Below are positions 55,920-64,000 of a stretch of DNA of 64,000 nucleotides, in pieces (the stretch's first letter is position 1; each line of letters begins with the position of its first letter). Under the pieces are notes generated by a model that was not told the origin of the DNA, did not search any database, and worked only from the letters and a program-made list of their open reading frames with translations. This DNA comes from Alphaproteobacteria bacterium (lineage in GTDB: Bacteria > Pseudomonadota > Alphaproteobacteria > SHVV01). The stretch lies in NCBI GenBank assembly GCA_965261735.1, contig OZ253470.1, positions 3,008,001 through 3,072,000 of the forward strand, in the 5' to 3' direction. Made by a program: the position numbers and the translations under genes.

Positions 55920-56801
55920 ATGCGCGAGTTTTTGGTCAAACCCGATCCGGCGGATCCGCGCCTCACGCGCCGCCTCGAGGGCCGCGACCAGGAGGGCCGG
56001 CCGGTGACCGCGGCGGTGCCCGTCGAGCGACCGCTGACGCTCTTTCTCAACAGCCGCGAGATCGTCACGATGATGACGATCGGCGACTATCCGGGCTACC
56101 TCGCGATCGGCTACCTGCTCAACCAGAACATGCTCGGCGACGACGACGAGATCACGGCCATCGACTATGACGAGGAGACGGAAACGGTCGTCGTGCGGAC
56201 CGCCATCGAAACCGATTTCGAGGACAAGCTCAAGAAGAAGACGCTGACCTCGGGTTGCGCCCAGGGCACGGTGTTCGGCGACGTGATGGAGAGCTTCGAG
56301 GCGGTCAAGCTGCCGGCCGATGCGGTGGTGAGGACGTCGTGGCTGTACGCGCTAGCGAAAAAGATCAACACGACGCCGAGCCTCTACCTCGAGGCCGGGG
56401 CCATTCACGGCTGTGTCCTGTGCGAGGCCGACCGCCCCCTGCTCTACATGGAGGACGTGGGTCGCCACAACGCCGTCGACAAGATTGCCGGCTACATGTA
56501 CCTGAACGCCATCGCGCCCGAGGGCAAGCTCTTCTACACGACCGGCCGTTTGACGAGCGAGATGGTCATCAAGTGCGTGCAGATGCGGCTGCCCATCGTC
56601 ATCTCGCGTTCGGGCTTTACCGCGTGGGGCGTGGAGCTCGCCCGCCAGGCCGGCCTCACGCTGATCGGCCGCGCCAAAGGCCGGCGCTTCGTCGCACTGT
56701 CGGGGGCCGAGCGCATTGTCTACGACGCGGCGCCCGCCGAGGTCGCGGAGGAGGGCGCCCATCTTCAGCGCAAGGCAAGCCGCGAGGACGATGCCGCCTG
56801 A
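55920..56801 (+). CDS. fdhD: Formate dehydrogenase accessory sulfurtransferase
   Basis: SGCAQG, GAIH, EDVGRHNAVDK, TGRLTSEMV. Confidence 0.93.
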   Translation: MREFLVKPDPADPRLTRRLEGRDQEGRPVTAAVPVERPLTLFLNSREIVTMMTIGDYPGYLAIGYLLNQNMLGDDDEITAIDYDEETETVVVRTAIETDFEDKLKKKTLTSGCAQGTVFGDVMESFEAVKLPADAVVRTSWLYALAKKINTTPSLYLEAGAIHGCVLCEADRPLLYMEDVGRHNAVDKIAGYMYLNAIAPEGKLFYTTGRLTSEMVIKCVQMRLPIVISRSGFTAWGVELARQAGLTLIGRAKGRRFVALSGAERIVYDAAPAEVAEEGAHLQRKASREDDAA

Positions 56802-57405
56802 GGGCGCTGTTGTCGGCGTCCTGCTCGCGGGCGGCCGGTCGCGCCGGATGGGGGGCGGCGACAAGTGCCTGCGAAGGCTCGGCGGAGAGACGCTTCTCGC
56901 CCGTGTCATCGCCCGCGCCCGGCCGCAGGTCGCCACCCTGGTACTCAACGCCAACGGCGATCCCGCCCGTTTCGCCGAATACGGGCTGCCGGTGGTACCC
57001 GACGCACTCGCCGGCTTCGCAGGCCCGCTCGCCGGCGTCCTGACCGGCATGGAATGGGGCCGCCTCAATCGCCCGGACGCGCACTGGATCGCAACCTTTG
57101 CCACCGACGCGCCTTTCCTGCCCGAAGACTTGGTGGCACGCCTGCGCGACAGCGCGGAGGCCGCCGGCGCAGACCTCGCGTGCGCGTCGTCCGGGGATCG
57201 GGCGCACCCGGTATTTGGGCTGTGGCCGGTACGCCTCGCCGAGGCGCTACGCAAAGCCATGACCGATGAGGGGATGCGCAAGATCGATGCCTGGACCGCG
57301 CGCTATCGCATTGTCTGCGTCGACTATCCGATCACCCCCGTCGACCCCTTCTTCAATGCCAACGAGCCCGGGGACCTGATCGCCGCGGAACGCGCGCTCG
57401 GCTAG
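56791..57405 (+). CDS. mobA: Molybdenum cofactor guanylyltransferase
   Basis: LAGGRSRRMGGGDK, GPLAG, TDAPF, FFNAN. Confidence 0.93.
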   Translation: MPPEGAVVGVLLAGGRSRRMGGGDKCLRRLGGETLLARVIARARPQVATLVLNANGDPARFAEYGLPVVPDALAGFAGPLAGVLTGMEWGRLNRPDAHWIATFATDAPFLPEDLVARLRDSAEAAGADLACASSGDRAHPVFGLWPVRLAEALRKAMTDEGMRKIDAWTARYRIVCVDYPITPVDPFFNANEPGDLIAAERALG

Positions 57406-57439
57406 CGCGCGGCCTTGACAGCCCGGGCGCGGTGGCGGC

Positions 57440-57835
57440 TTGATGGGCCAAAGCGCGGGGATCGTCATGCCGCAGGCGCGACCAAAACGCCGGCGCGAGG
57501 CGCCGCAGATCCGCATCCTGCTGGGTTCGGCCACGACAATGGGACCGGGCAAGGTCGGGTTGATCGAGGCGATCGCCCGCGCGGGGTCGATCTCCGCGGC
57601 GGCGCGCGAGCTCGGCATGTCCTACCGCCGCGCCTGGGTGCTGGTCGACAGCCTCAATCAGCATGCCCGTGAGCCGGTGGTGATCACGGCGACCGGGGGC
57701 CGCGGCGGCGGCGGCGCCCGAGTGACGCGGTTCGGTGAAGAGGTGCTCAGGCGCTACCGGGCGATCGAAGCGAAAGCCACCGCCAGCGTGCACGCCGAGC
57801 TCAAGGAGTTCTCGCGGTTCCTCGGGGTCCCCTAG
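57440..57835 (+). CDS. modE: ModE-family regulator, DNA-binding domain only
   Basis: GPGK..LIEAI..GSISAAARELGMSYRRAW, GGRGGGGA; no Mop/TOBE domains. Confidence 0.85.
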   Translation: MMGQSAGIVMPQARPKRRREAPQIRILLGSATTMGPGKVGLIEAIARAGSISAAARELGMSYRRAWVLVDSLNQHAREPVVITATGGRGGGGARVTRFGEEVLRRYRAIEAKATASVHAELKEFSRFLGVP

Positions 57836-57877
57836 CTAGGTAGGGGCAGGTTTCAAACCCGCCTCTGCGGGCGCGCC

Positions 57878-60619
57878 CTAGATCGCGGCCGCCTTTTCCA
57901 CCTTGACCGCGCAGTACTTGAACTCGGGGATCTTGCCGAAGGGATCGAGCGCGGGATTGGTAAGCAGGTTGGCGGCCGCCTCGACGTAACAGAAGGGCAG
58001 GAACACCATGCCCTCGGGCACACCGGAATCGAGCAGCGCGGCGAGTTCGATGGTGCCGCGCCGGCTCGCGACGCGCACCTGCCCGCCGGGCTCGACGCCG
58101 AGCCGCGCAAGGTCGCCCGGCGCCAAGTGGGCGACCGCGTCGGGCTCGAGGGCATCGAGCGTGCTGGCGCGCCGGGTCATGGCACCGGTATGCCAGTGTT
58201 CGAGGATGCGCCCCGTGGTGAGCACCATCGGGAAGTCGTCGTCGGGGCGCTCGTCCGGCGCGATGATCCCGGCGGGCACGAACTTGCCGCGCCGCGACGG
58301 CGTCGGGAAGCCGTCGCCGAATATGACCTCCTGGCCGGGATCCTCATCGGAGTCGCAGGGGTAGGTGACCGCATCCTCGCGCTCGAGCCGGGCCCAGCTG
58401 ATGCCCTTGATCGACTCCATGCACTGGCGCATTTCCGCGAACACGTCGCTCGCATGCGCGTAGTCCCAGTCGAGCCCGATACGCCGCGCTATTTCCTGGA
58501 TGATCCACAGGTCCTGGCGGGCGTCGCCCGGCAGCTCCAGCGCCGTCCGCCCGATCTGCACCTGGCGGTTGGTGTTGGTCACCGTGCCATCCTTTTCCGG
58601 CCATGCCGAGGCCGGCAACACCACGTCGGCGAACGCCGCCGTTTCGGTGAGGAACAGGTCCTGGACGACGAGATGTTCGAGCCGCGCCAGCGCCTCGCGG
58701 GCGTGGCCGACGTTGGGGTCCGACATCGCCGGGTTCTCGCCCATGATGTAGAAGCCCTTGATCCGGCCCTCGAAGGCGGCGTCCGTGATCTCGACCACCG
58801 TGAGGCCCTCATCGGGGTCGAGCGGGGTGCCCCAGAACGCCTCGAACTTGGCGCGCACGCCTGCATCGGTCACCGACTGGTAGTCGGGGTAAAACATGGG
58901 GATGAGACCGACGTCGGAAGCTCCCTGGACGTTGTTCTGGCCGCGCAGCGGATGCAGCCCCGTTCCTGGCCGACCGACGTGGCCGCACATGAGGGCGAGA
59001 GAGATCAGGCAGCGGGCATTGTCGGTGCCGTAGATGTGCTGCGAGATGCCCATGCCCCAAAAGATGATGGCGGCATCGGCGGTCGCGTACTTGCGCGCGA
59101 TCGCACGCAGCGTATCGGCGTCGATACCGCACAGCGGGGCCATGGCTTCGGGTGCATAGGCCTCGAGGTGCCGGCGCAGGGCGTCGAACCCCTCCGTGAA
59201 GCCAGCAACGTAGTTGCTGTCGTACAGTTCCTCGGTGACGATGACGTGCATGAGGGCGTTGAGCAGGGCGACGTCGGTCCCGGGGTTGAACTGCAGCATG
59301 TGGGTGGCGTGGCGCGCCAGCGCCTGCCCGCGCGGATCGACGACGATGAGTTCGGCGCCTTCCTTGACCGCATTCTTGAAGAAGGTGGCCGCGACCGGGT
59401 GGTTGACCGCCGGATTGGCGCCGATCACCACGATCACGTCGGCGTTGGCGCACTCGGCGAACGGGGCGGTGACCGCGCCCGAGCCGATCGTTTCCATCAG
59501 CGCCGCTACCGAGGACGCGTGACACAGCCGCGTGCAGTGATCGACATTGTTGGTGCCGAAGCCGGTGCGCACCAGCTTCTGAAACAGATAGGCCTCCTCG
59601 TTGGACCCTTTGGCCGAGCCGAAGCCGGCGAGCGCCGAAGGGCCGTCGCGCTCGCGCACGCGGCGCAGGCCGGCAGCGGCGACCTCCAGCGCTTCATCCC
59701 AGCTCGCCTCGCGGAAATGGGTGAGCGGGTTGGCCGGGTCGATCTCGAGGGAAACGCTCTTTGGGGCATCGGCCTTGCGGATCAATGGCTTGGACAGGCG
59801 GTGCGGGTGCTTCACGTAGTCGAAGCCGAATCGGCCCTTGACGCAGAGCCGCCCGAGATTGGCCGGGCCTTCGCGGCCGGTAACGTAAAGGAGCTCGTTG
59901 TCCTTGACGTGGTAGGTGAGCTGGCACCCGACCCCGCAATAGGGGCAGACGCTGTCGACCCGTTTGTCGGGCGTGACCGTGGCGAGCCCGCCCCCCGGCA
60001 TCAGCGCGCCGGTGGGGCACGCCTGCACGCATTCGCCGCATGCCACGCACGTGCTCTCGCCCATCGGGTCGTCGAAGTCGAACACGATCTTGGCGTGGGC
60101 GCCGCGCCCGGCCATGCCGATGACGTCGTTGACCTGGACGTCGCGGCACGCGCGCACGCAGAGATTGCAGTGGATGCAGGCCTCCAGATTGACGGCCATG
60201 GCGGGGTGGCTGAGGTCTGCCGCCACGGTATCGCGCGCCGGAAACCGGCTCTCCCGCTGCCCCATCGCGTCCGCCCACTGCCACAGCGATGAGCTCGGAT
60301 CGGGGCTCGCATCGCGCGCCGGCAGATCGGCGAGTAGGAGCTCCATGACCAGCCGGCGCGCCGTCGTCGCGCGCTCGCTCGCCGTGGTCACGACCATGCC
60401 CGGGGTCGGCTTGCGAATGCACGACGCGGCGAGCACTCGTTCGCCCTCGATCTCCACCATGCACGCCCGGCAATTGCCGTCGGCGCGGTAGGTCGCGGCG
60501 GTCGACCAGCACAGGTGCGGAATCACGGTGCCGCCGCGCCTCGCCACCTGCCAGATCGACTCCCCGTCTTGCGCGGTGACCTCGGCACCGTCGAGGACGA
60601 ACGTGACGTCGTCGCTCAC
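57878..60619 (-). CDS. fdhF: NAD-dependent formate dehydrogenase alpha subunit (Mo/W-bisPGD, Cys ligand)
   Basis: 2Fe-2S and 4Fe-4S motifs, CPYCGVGC, RLCHASS, RGQNNVQG, IPEFK. Confidence 0.93.
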   Translation of the reverse strand: MSDDVTFVLDGAEVTAQDGESIWQVARRGGTVIPHLCWSTAATYRADGNCRACMVEIEGERVLAASCIRKPTPGMVVTTASERATTARRLVMELLLADLPARDASPDPSSSLWQWADAMGQRESRFPARDTVAADLSHPAMAVNLEACIHCNLCVRACRDVQVNDVIGMAGRGAHAKIVFDFDDPMGESTCVACGECVQACPTGALMPGGGLATVTPDKRVDSVCPYCGVGCQLTYHVKDNELLYVTGREGPANLGRLCVKGRFGFDYVKHPHRLSKPLIRKADAPKSVSLEIDPANPLTHFREASWDEALEVAAAGLRRVRERDGPSALAGFGSAKGSNEEAYLFQKLVRTGFGTNNVDHCTRLCHASSVAALMETIGSGAVTAPFAECANADVIVVIGANPAVNHPVAATFFKNAVKEGAELIVVDPRGQALARHATHMLQFNPGTDVALLNALMHVIVTEELYDSNYVAGFTEGFDALRRHLEAYAPEAMAPLCGIDADTLRAIARKYATADAAIIFWGMGISQHIYGTDNARCLISLALMCGHVGRPGTGLHPLRGQNNVQGASDVGLIPMFYPDYQSVTDAGVRAKFEAFWGTPLDPDEGLTVVEITDAAFEGRIKGFYIMGENPAMSDPNVGHAREALARLEHLVVQDLFLTETAAFADVVLPASAWPEKDGTVTNTNRQVQIGRTALELPGDARQDLWIIQEIARRIGLDWDYAHASDVFAEMRQCMESIKGISWARLEREDAVTYPCDSDEDPGQEVIFGDGFPTPSRRGKFVPAGIIAPDERPDDDFPMVLTTGRILEHWHTGAMTRRASTLDALEPDAVAHLAPGDLARLGVEPGGQVRVASRRGTIELAALLDSGVPEGMVFLPFCYVEAAANLLTNPALDPFGKIPEFKYCAVKVEKAAAI

Positions 60620-62316
60620 GAAATTTCCTCGGCGAAGTGCCGGATCGTCATGCGCACCGGATTGACGGCCGCCTGACCGAGCCCGCAGATCGACGCATCC
60701 GCCATGACCGTGCACAGCTCTTCCAAGAGGGCCGTATTCCACACCGGCTCGGCCATCAGCTGCACCGCCTTTTCCGAGCCGACCCGGCACGGCGTGCACT
60801 GGCCGCAGCTCTCGTGCGCGAAGAAGCGCAGCAGGTTGCGGGCGGCGGCGGCGACGCTGTCCTTGTCCGATAGCACGATAATGGCGGCCGAGCCGATCAG
60901 GCAGCCATGCTCCTCGAGGGTGCCGAAGTCGAGCGGGATGTCGGCCAGCGATGCCGGCAGAAGGCCACCGGACGCTCCACCCGGCAGATAGGCCGTGAGT
61001 GTCTCGCCCGGTGCCATGCCGCCGCAGTACTCGTCGATCAGTTCGCGCGCGGTGATGCCGGCGGGCGCGAGTTTAACGCCCGGATCGCGCACCCGACCCG
61101 AGACCGAGAAGCTGCGCAGCCCCTTGCGCGCGTTGCGGCCGTGTTGGGTGAAGAAATCGGGACCTTGCTCGACCAGGTCGCGGATCCAGTACAAGGTCTC
61201 CACGTTGTGGATCAGCGTCGGCTGGCCGAACAGGCCGACCTGCGCCGGGTAGGGCGGGCGATGGCGGGGCAGGCCGCGCTTGCCCTCGATGCTTTCGAGC
61301 ATCGCCGATTCCTCGCCGCAGATGTAGGCGCCGGCGCCGCGACGCAGGTGGAGCCGCGCCGGGCTCACGGCTTCGCGCTCGAGTTGCTCGATCTCCCGCG
61401 CCAGGACGAGCCGCAACTCTGGGTATTCGTCCCGCAAATAGATGTAAACGTCGTCGGCCTCGACAGCCCAGGCCGCAATGAGGGTGCCCTCGAGGAACCT
61501 ATGCGGGTCGCGCTCGAGGTAGTAGCGGTCCTTGAAGGTGCCGGGCTCGCCCTCGTCGGCGTTGACGGCGAGCAGCCGTGGCGCCGGCTCGGCACGCACG
61601 AACTCCCACTTGCGAGCCGCCGGGAACCCGGCGCCGCCGAGCCCGCGGAGCCCAGCCTCGGCCAGCGCGCCGATAACCTCATCGACGGTGCGGCGCCCAT
61701 CGAGGCAGGCCCCCAACAGCCGGTAGCCGCCGTCTTTTGCGTAGGCATCGAAGGTCCTGTACGCCGGAAGCACCGGCTCGGTCGCGCGGCGCTCGACGTG
61801 GTCGGCAACGCGCGCGACGGTCGCAGCCGTGATGTAGTGGTGGCCGAGCGCGGCCACGGGCGCCGCCTCGCAGCGGCCCACGCACGAGGCGGCTATCACC
61901 CTGATGTCGCCGCCAAAGCGTGAGCCGAGGTCGGACAACAAATCGCGCGCGCCGCCGATCTCGCAGCTGAGGCCGTCGCAGACCCGGATCGTGAGCTCCG
62001 GCGGCGGGGTCTCGCCCTCCTTGACGACGTCGAAATGCGCGTAGAACGTCGCAACCTCATAAACCTCCGCGAGCGCGAGACGCATGTCGGCCGCCAAGGC
62101 CACGAGATGTCGGGCCGACAGGTGACCGTAGTGGTCTTGCAGGAGGTGAAGGTGCTCGATCAGGAGGTCGCGCCGCCGCGGCCGCTCACCGAGCAGGGCC
62201 TGCACCTCGGCGCGCGCCGCGGGGTCGAGCGGGCGACCCCTTTCACGGAACTTGTCGCGGCGCCTCCCGGAGCCGGGATGCCGAGATTTCTTGAGGTCTA
62301 CGCCCGCCGCCGGCAT
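60616..62316 (-). CDS. Formate dehydrogenase beta subunit (NuoE-NuoF fusion, Fdh1B-like)
   Basis: RRDLLIEHLH, ATFYAHF, GLRGLGGAGFP, NADEGEPG, GAGAYICGEE, ESCGQCTPCR. Confidence 0.9.
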   Translation of the reverse strand: MPAAGVDLKKSRHPGSGRRRDKFRERGRPLDPAARAEVQALLGERPRRRDLLIEHLHLLQDHYGHLSARHLVALAADMRLALAEVYEVATFYAHFDVVKEGETPPPELTIRVCDGLSCEIGGARDLLSDLGSRFGGDIRVIAASCVGRCEAAPVAALGHHYITAATVARVADHVERRATEPVLPAYRTFDAYAKDGGYRLLGACLDGRRTVDEVIGALAEAGLRGLGGAGFPAARKWEFVRAEPAPRLLAVNADEGEPGTFKDRYYLERDPHRFLEGTLIAAWAVEADDVYIYLRDEYPELRLVLAREIEQLEREAVSPARLHLRRGAGAYICGEESAMLESIEGKRGLPRHRPPYPAQVGLFGQPTLIHNVETLYWIRDLVEQGPDFFTQHGRNARKGLRSFSVSGRVRDPGVKLAPAGITARELIDEYCGGMAPGETLTAYLPGGASGGLLPASLADIPLDFGTLEEHGCLIGSAAIIVLSDKDSVAAAARNLLRFFAHESCGQCTPCRVGSEKAVQLMAEPVWNTALLEELCTVMADASICGLGQAAVNPVRMTIRHFAEEIS

Positions 62317-62384
62317 GCCGTCGCCCTTCAGAGCCCACAACCGCCACGGACTTTCGCAAAATAGAGCAGGCGTGTAAAACCAAT

Positions 62385-63410
62385 CCTGCTTATCCCTGAA
62401 AGTCATCCGGCGATGAGGAGGCGATAGGGCATGGGCTGGTTTCGTGCGGCGCTATGGACGAAACGCGGGATCATTGTCTGGAGTTGATAGCGCCGGTTGT
62501 AGCGCCAGGCGAAGCTGGCGAGATAGCGTCCGGCATGGTCGGGGCCGAGCTTGCGATAAGTCCCGGTGATCGCGCTTTTGATGTTGCCGAGCGTCGTGTT
62601 CACCCATTTGAACGATGCCATGCGGGCCGCCTGGCGGCCCGACCCGGTGCGGATCGCCTGGTGGCTGCAGGCGGCTTCTTCGAGTGCGCTCCAGCAGCCC
62701 AGGCGGTCCGTCACAACCGCCGCGCCGGGGGCCAGCCAGTGCTTGGCGCCGCGCGCGATCTCGCGCTTGCGGAAGCCCTTGACCGGCGCCAGCTTCAGCT
62801 TGCGCGGGCGCCCCTCGGGACTGGTCGAGACCGCCGCCACGAAGGGCGTTTTGCCCGCCGCGCCGCGGCCCCGCTTGCCGCCGGAGCGCACCCCGCCGAG
62901 ATAGGCGTCGTCCATCTCGACCCGCCCCGTAAGCGCCGTCTCCCCCTCGCGCCGCGCCATCACCGCCATGATCTTGTGCTTCACGGCCCAGGCCGTCGGC
63001 TGCTTGACCCCGAGACGGCGGCCGAGTTCCACCGACGAGATGCCGTTCTTCGCCGTCACGATCAGGTGGATGGCGGCAAACCAGACTGTCAGCGGCAGCT
63101 TGGTCGCGTGGAAGATCGTGCCCGCCGTGGGCGATGTCTGCTTCTTGCACCGGTTGCATTGATAGAGACCCCGACCCGCCAACACGCAATGCTCCCGATG
63201 GCCGCAGCAGGGGCAGACGAAGCCGCCCGGCCAGCGCAGCCGGACCAGCGCCGCGCGGCACTGCTCCTTGGTGCCGAAGGCCTCCCGAAACGCCTCGTCG
63301 TTCAGACCACGCACGCGCGATGCAACCTTGAACCCCATAACCGTGACCCCCTCATACAGAACATATTGAGAACATACATCCCCATAGGCGGAGTGTCACG
63401 GATAAGCAGG
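62385..63410 (-). mobile_element. Second IS1595-family element, complete
   Basis: IRs cctgcttatcc..ggataagcagg; perfect 8-bp TSD aaaccaat at 62377-62384 and 63411-63418. Confidence 0.94.
62403..63338 (-). CDS. IS1595-family transposase
   Basis: CPCC..CNRC Zn ribbon, GRVEMDDAY, GKRGRG, VTD, YLASFAWRYNRR. Confidence 0.92.
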   Translation of the reverse strand: MGFKVASRVRGLNDEAFREAFGTKEQCRAALVRLRWPGGFVCPCCGHREHCVLAGRGLYQCNRCKKQTSPTAGTIFHATKLPLTVWFAAIHLIVTAKNGISSVELGRRLGVKQPTAWAVKHKIMAVMARREGETALTGRVEMDDAYLGGVRSGGKRGRGAAGKTPFVAAVSTSPEGRPRKLKLAPVKGFRKREIARGAKHWLAPGAAVVTDRLGCWSALEEAACSHQAIRTGSGRQAARMASFKWVNTTLGNIKSAITGTYRKLGPDHAGRYLASFAWRYNRRYQLQTMIPRFVHSAARNQPMPYRLLIAG

Positions 63411-63582
63411 AAACCAATTGCTATTCGGGTGCGTTCCACTCCGGGGGAGCGGCGTATGCCACGCTCGGACCCGTTCCAGCTATATTGCCTGTCCTCCGTC
63501 CGCTGAACCACCCGCCGGCGCACTCAGTATAGATCACCGGTTTTACTTGAGGTCAATGAGTGGATATTGGGGAGCGGCCACC

Positions 63583-64000
63583 ATGAGTGAGTTTAGACTT
63601 GCCGCGCTGTTGTGCTCGCGGCTGTGTCACGATGTGATCGGACCCATCGGGGCCATCAACAACGGCCTTGAAATCCTGTCCGACGACAACGACGCCACTC
63701 TTCGCGAGCAAACGCTCGACCTGATCGCGTTCAGCGCCGCCGAGGCATCTACTCGCGTTCAGTTCTACCGCTGGGCGTTTGGCAGCGCCGGCTCGGTGGC
63801 ACCGACCCTCGACGCCGCCAAGCGGATTATGCGGGCGATGGTCGAGGCCGGCAAGATCGAGCTCGACTGGCCGGACGATGGCCCCGAGATGAGAATGACC
63901 CATCTACAATTACTCTTAAACATCATAGTGTTAGCTTCGGAAGCGCTGCCTCGCGGCGGCTCGATCGCGGTACGGCCTACCGTGGTCGACGAGGGCTTTC
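63583..64000 (+). CDS. chpT: Histidine phosphotransferase ChpT (partial, runs off the window)
   Basis: MSEFRLAALLCSRLCHDVIGPIGAINNGLEIL..FYRWAFG..EALPRGG. Confidence 0.85.
   Translation, partial: MSEFRLAALLCSRLCHDVIGPIGAINNGLEILSDDNDATLREQTLDLIAFSAAEASTRVQFYRWAFGSAGSVAPTLDAAKRIMRAMVEAGKIELDWPDDGPEMRMTHLQLLLNIIVLASEALPRGGSIAVRPTVVDEGF

Noticed and set aside
59500-59545. Selenocysteine recoding in FDH alpha
   Set aside because: Active site reads RLCH with a Cys codon; no in-frame TGA

Overview
High-GC alphaproteobacterial chromosome segment (Rhodospirillales-like gene order; taxon is inferred). The core backbone runs uvrC-pgsA-mobB-moeA-moaD-moaE, sfsA-map-radC, purB/C/S/Q/L, bolA-grxD, rpsD, cysS, nadE, class II DAHP synthase, gor, glmS-glmU, gph, thrC, nadK, moaA, fdhD-mobA-short modE, a two-subunit NAD-dependent formate dehydrogenase resembling Methylorubrum Fdh1, and chpT. 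Two decayed accessory regions interrupt it. Region 1 (about 3.5-9.7 kb) holds an IS256-split PD-(D/E)xK nuclease gene coupled to the tail of a probable N6-adenine methyltransferase, a truncated IS1595, a pentapeptide-repeat pseudogene, and tRNA-Leu(TAA) with a 49-bp att duplication around a 1.2-kb island remnant. Region 2 (about 35.6-47 kb, after tRNA-Val(CAC)) holds an orphan hydantoinase B, a truncated IS256, a head-to-tail IS1595 dimer with an 8-bp spacer, and two damaged PleC/DivJ-type kinases behind a consensus CtrA box. A perfect ModE-type palindrome lies between moaA and fdhD, and a second IS1595 sits just upstream of the FDH operon. Many lesions point to ongoing genome erosion, although some single-base indels may be sequencing errors. 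No CRISPR array or rRNA was seen. The best candidate for an undescribed system is the methyltransferase plus nuclease pair, which is present here only as a relic.
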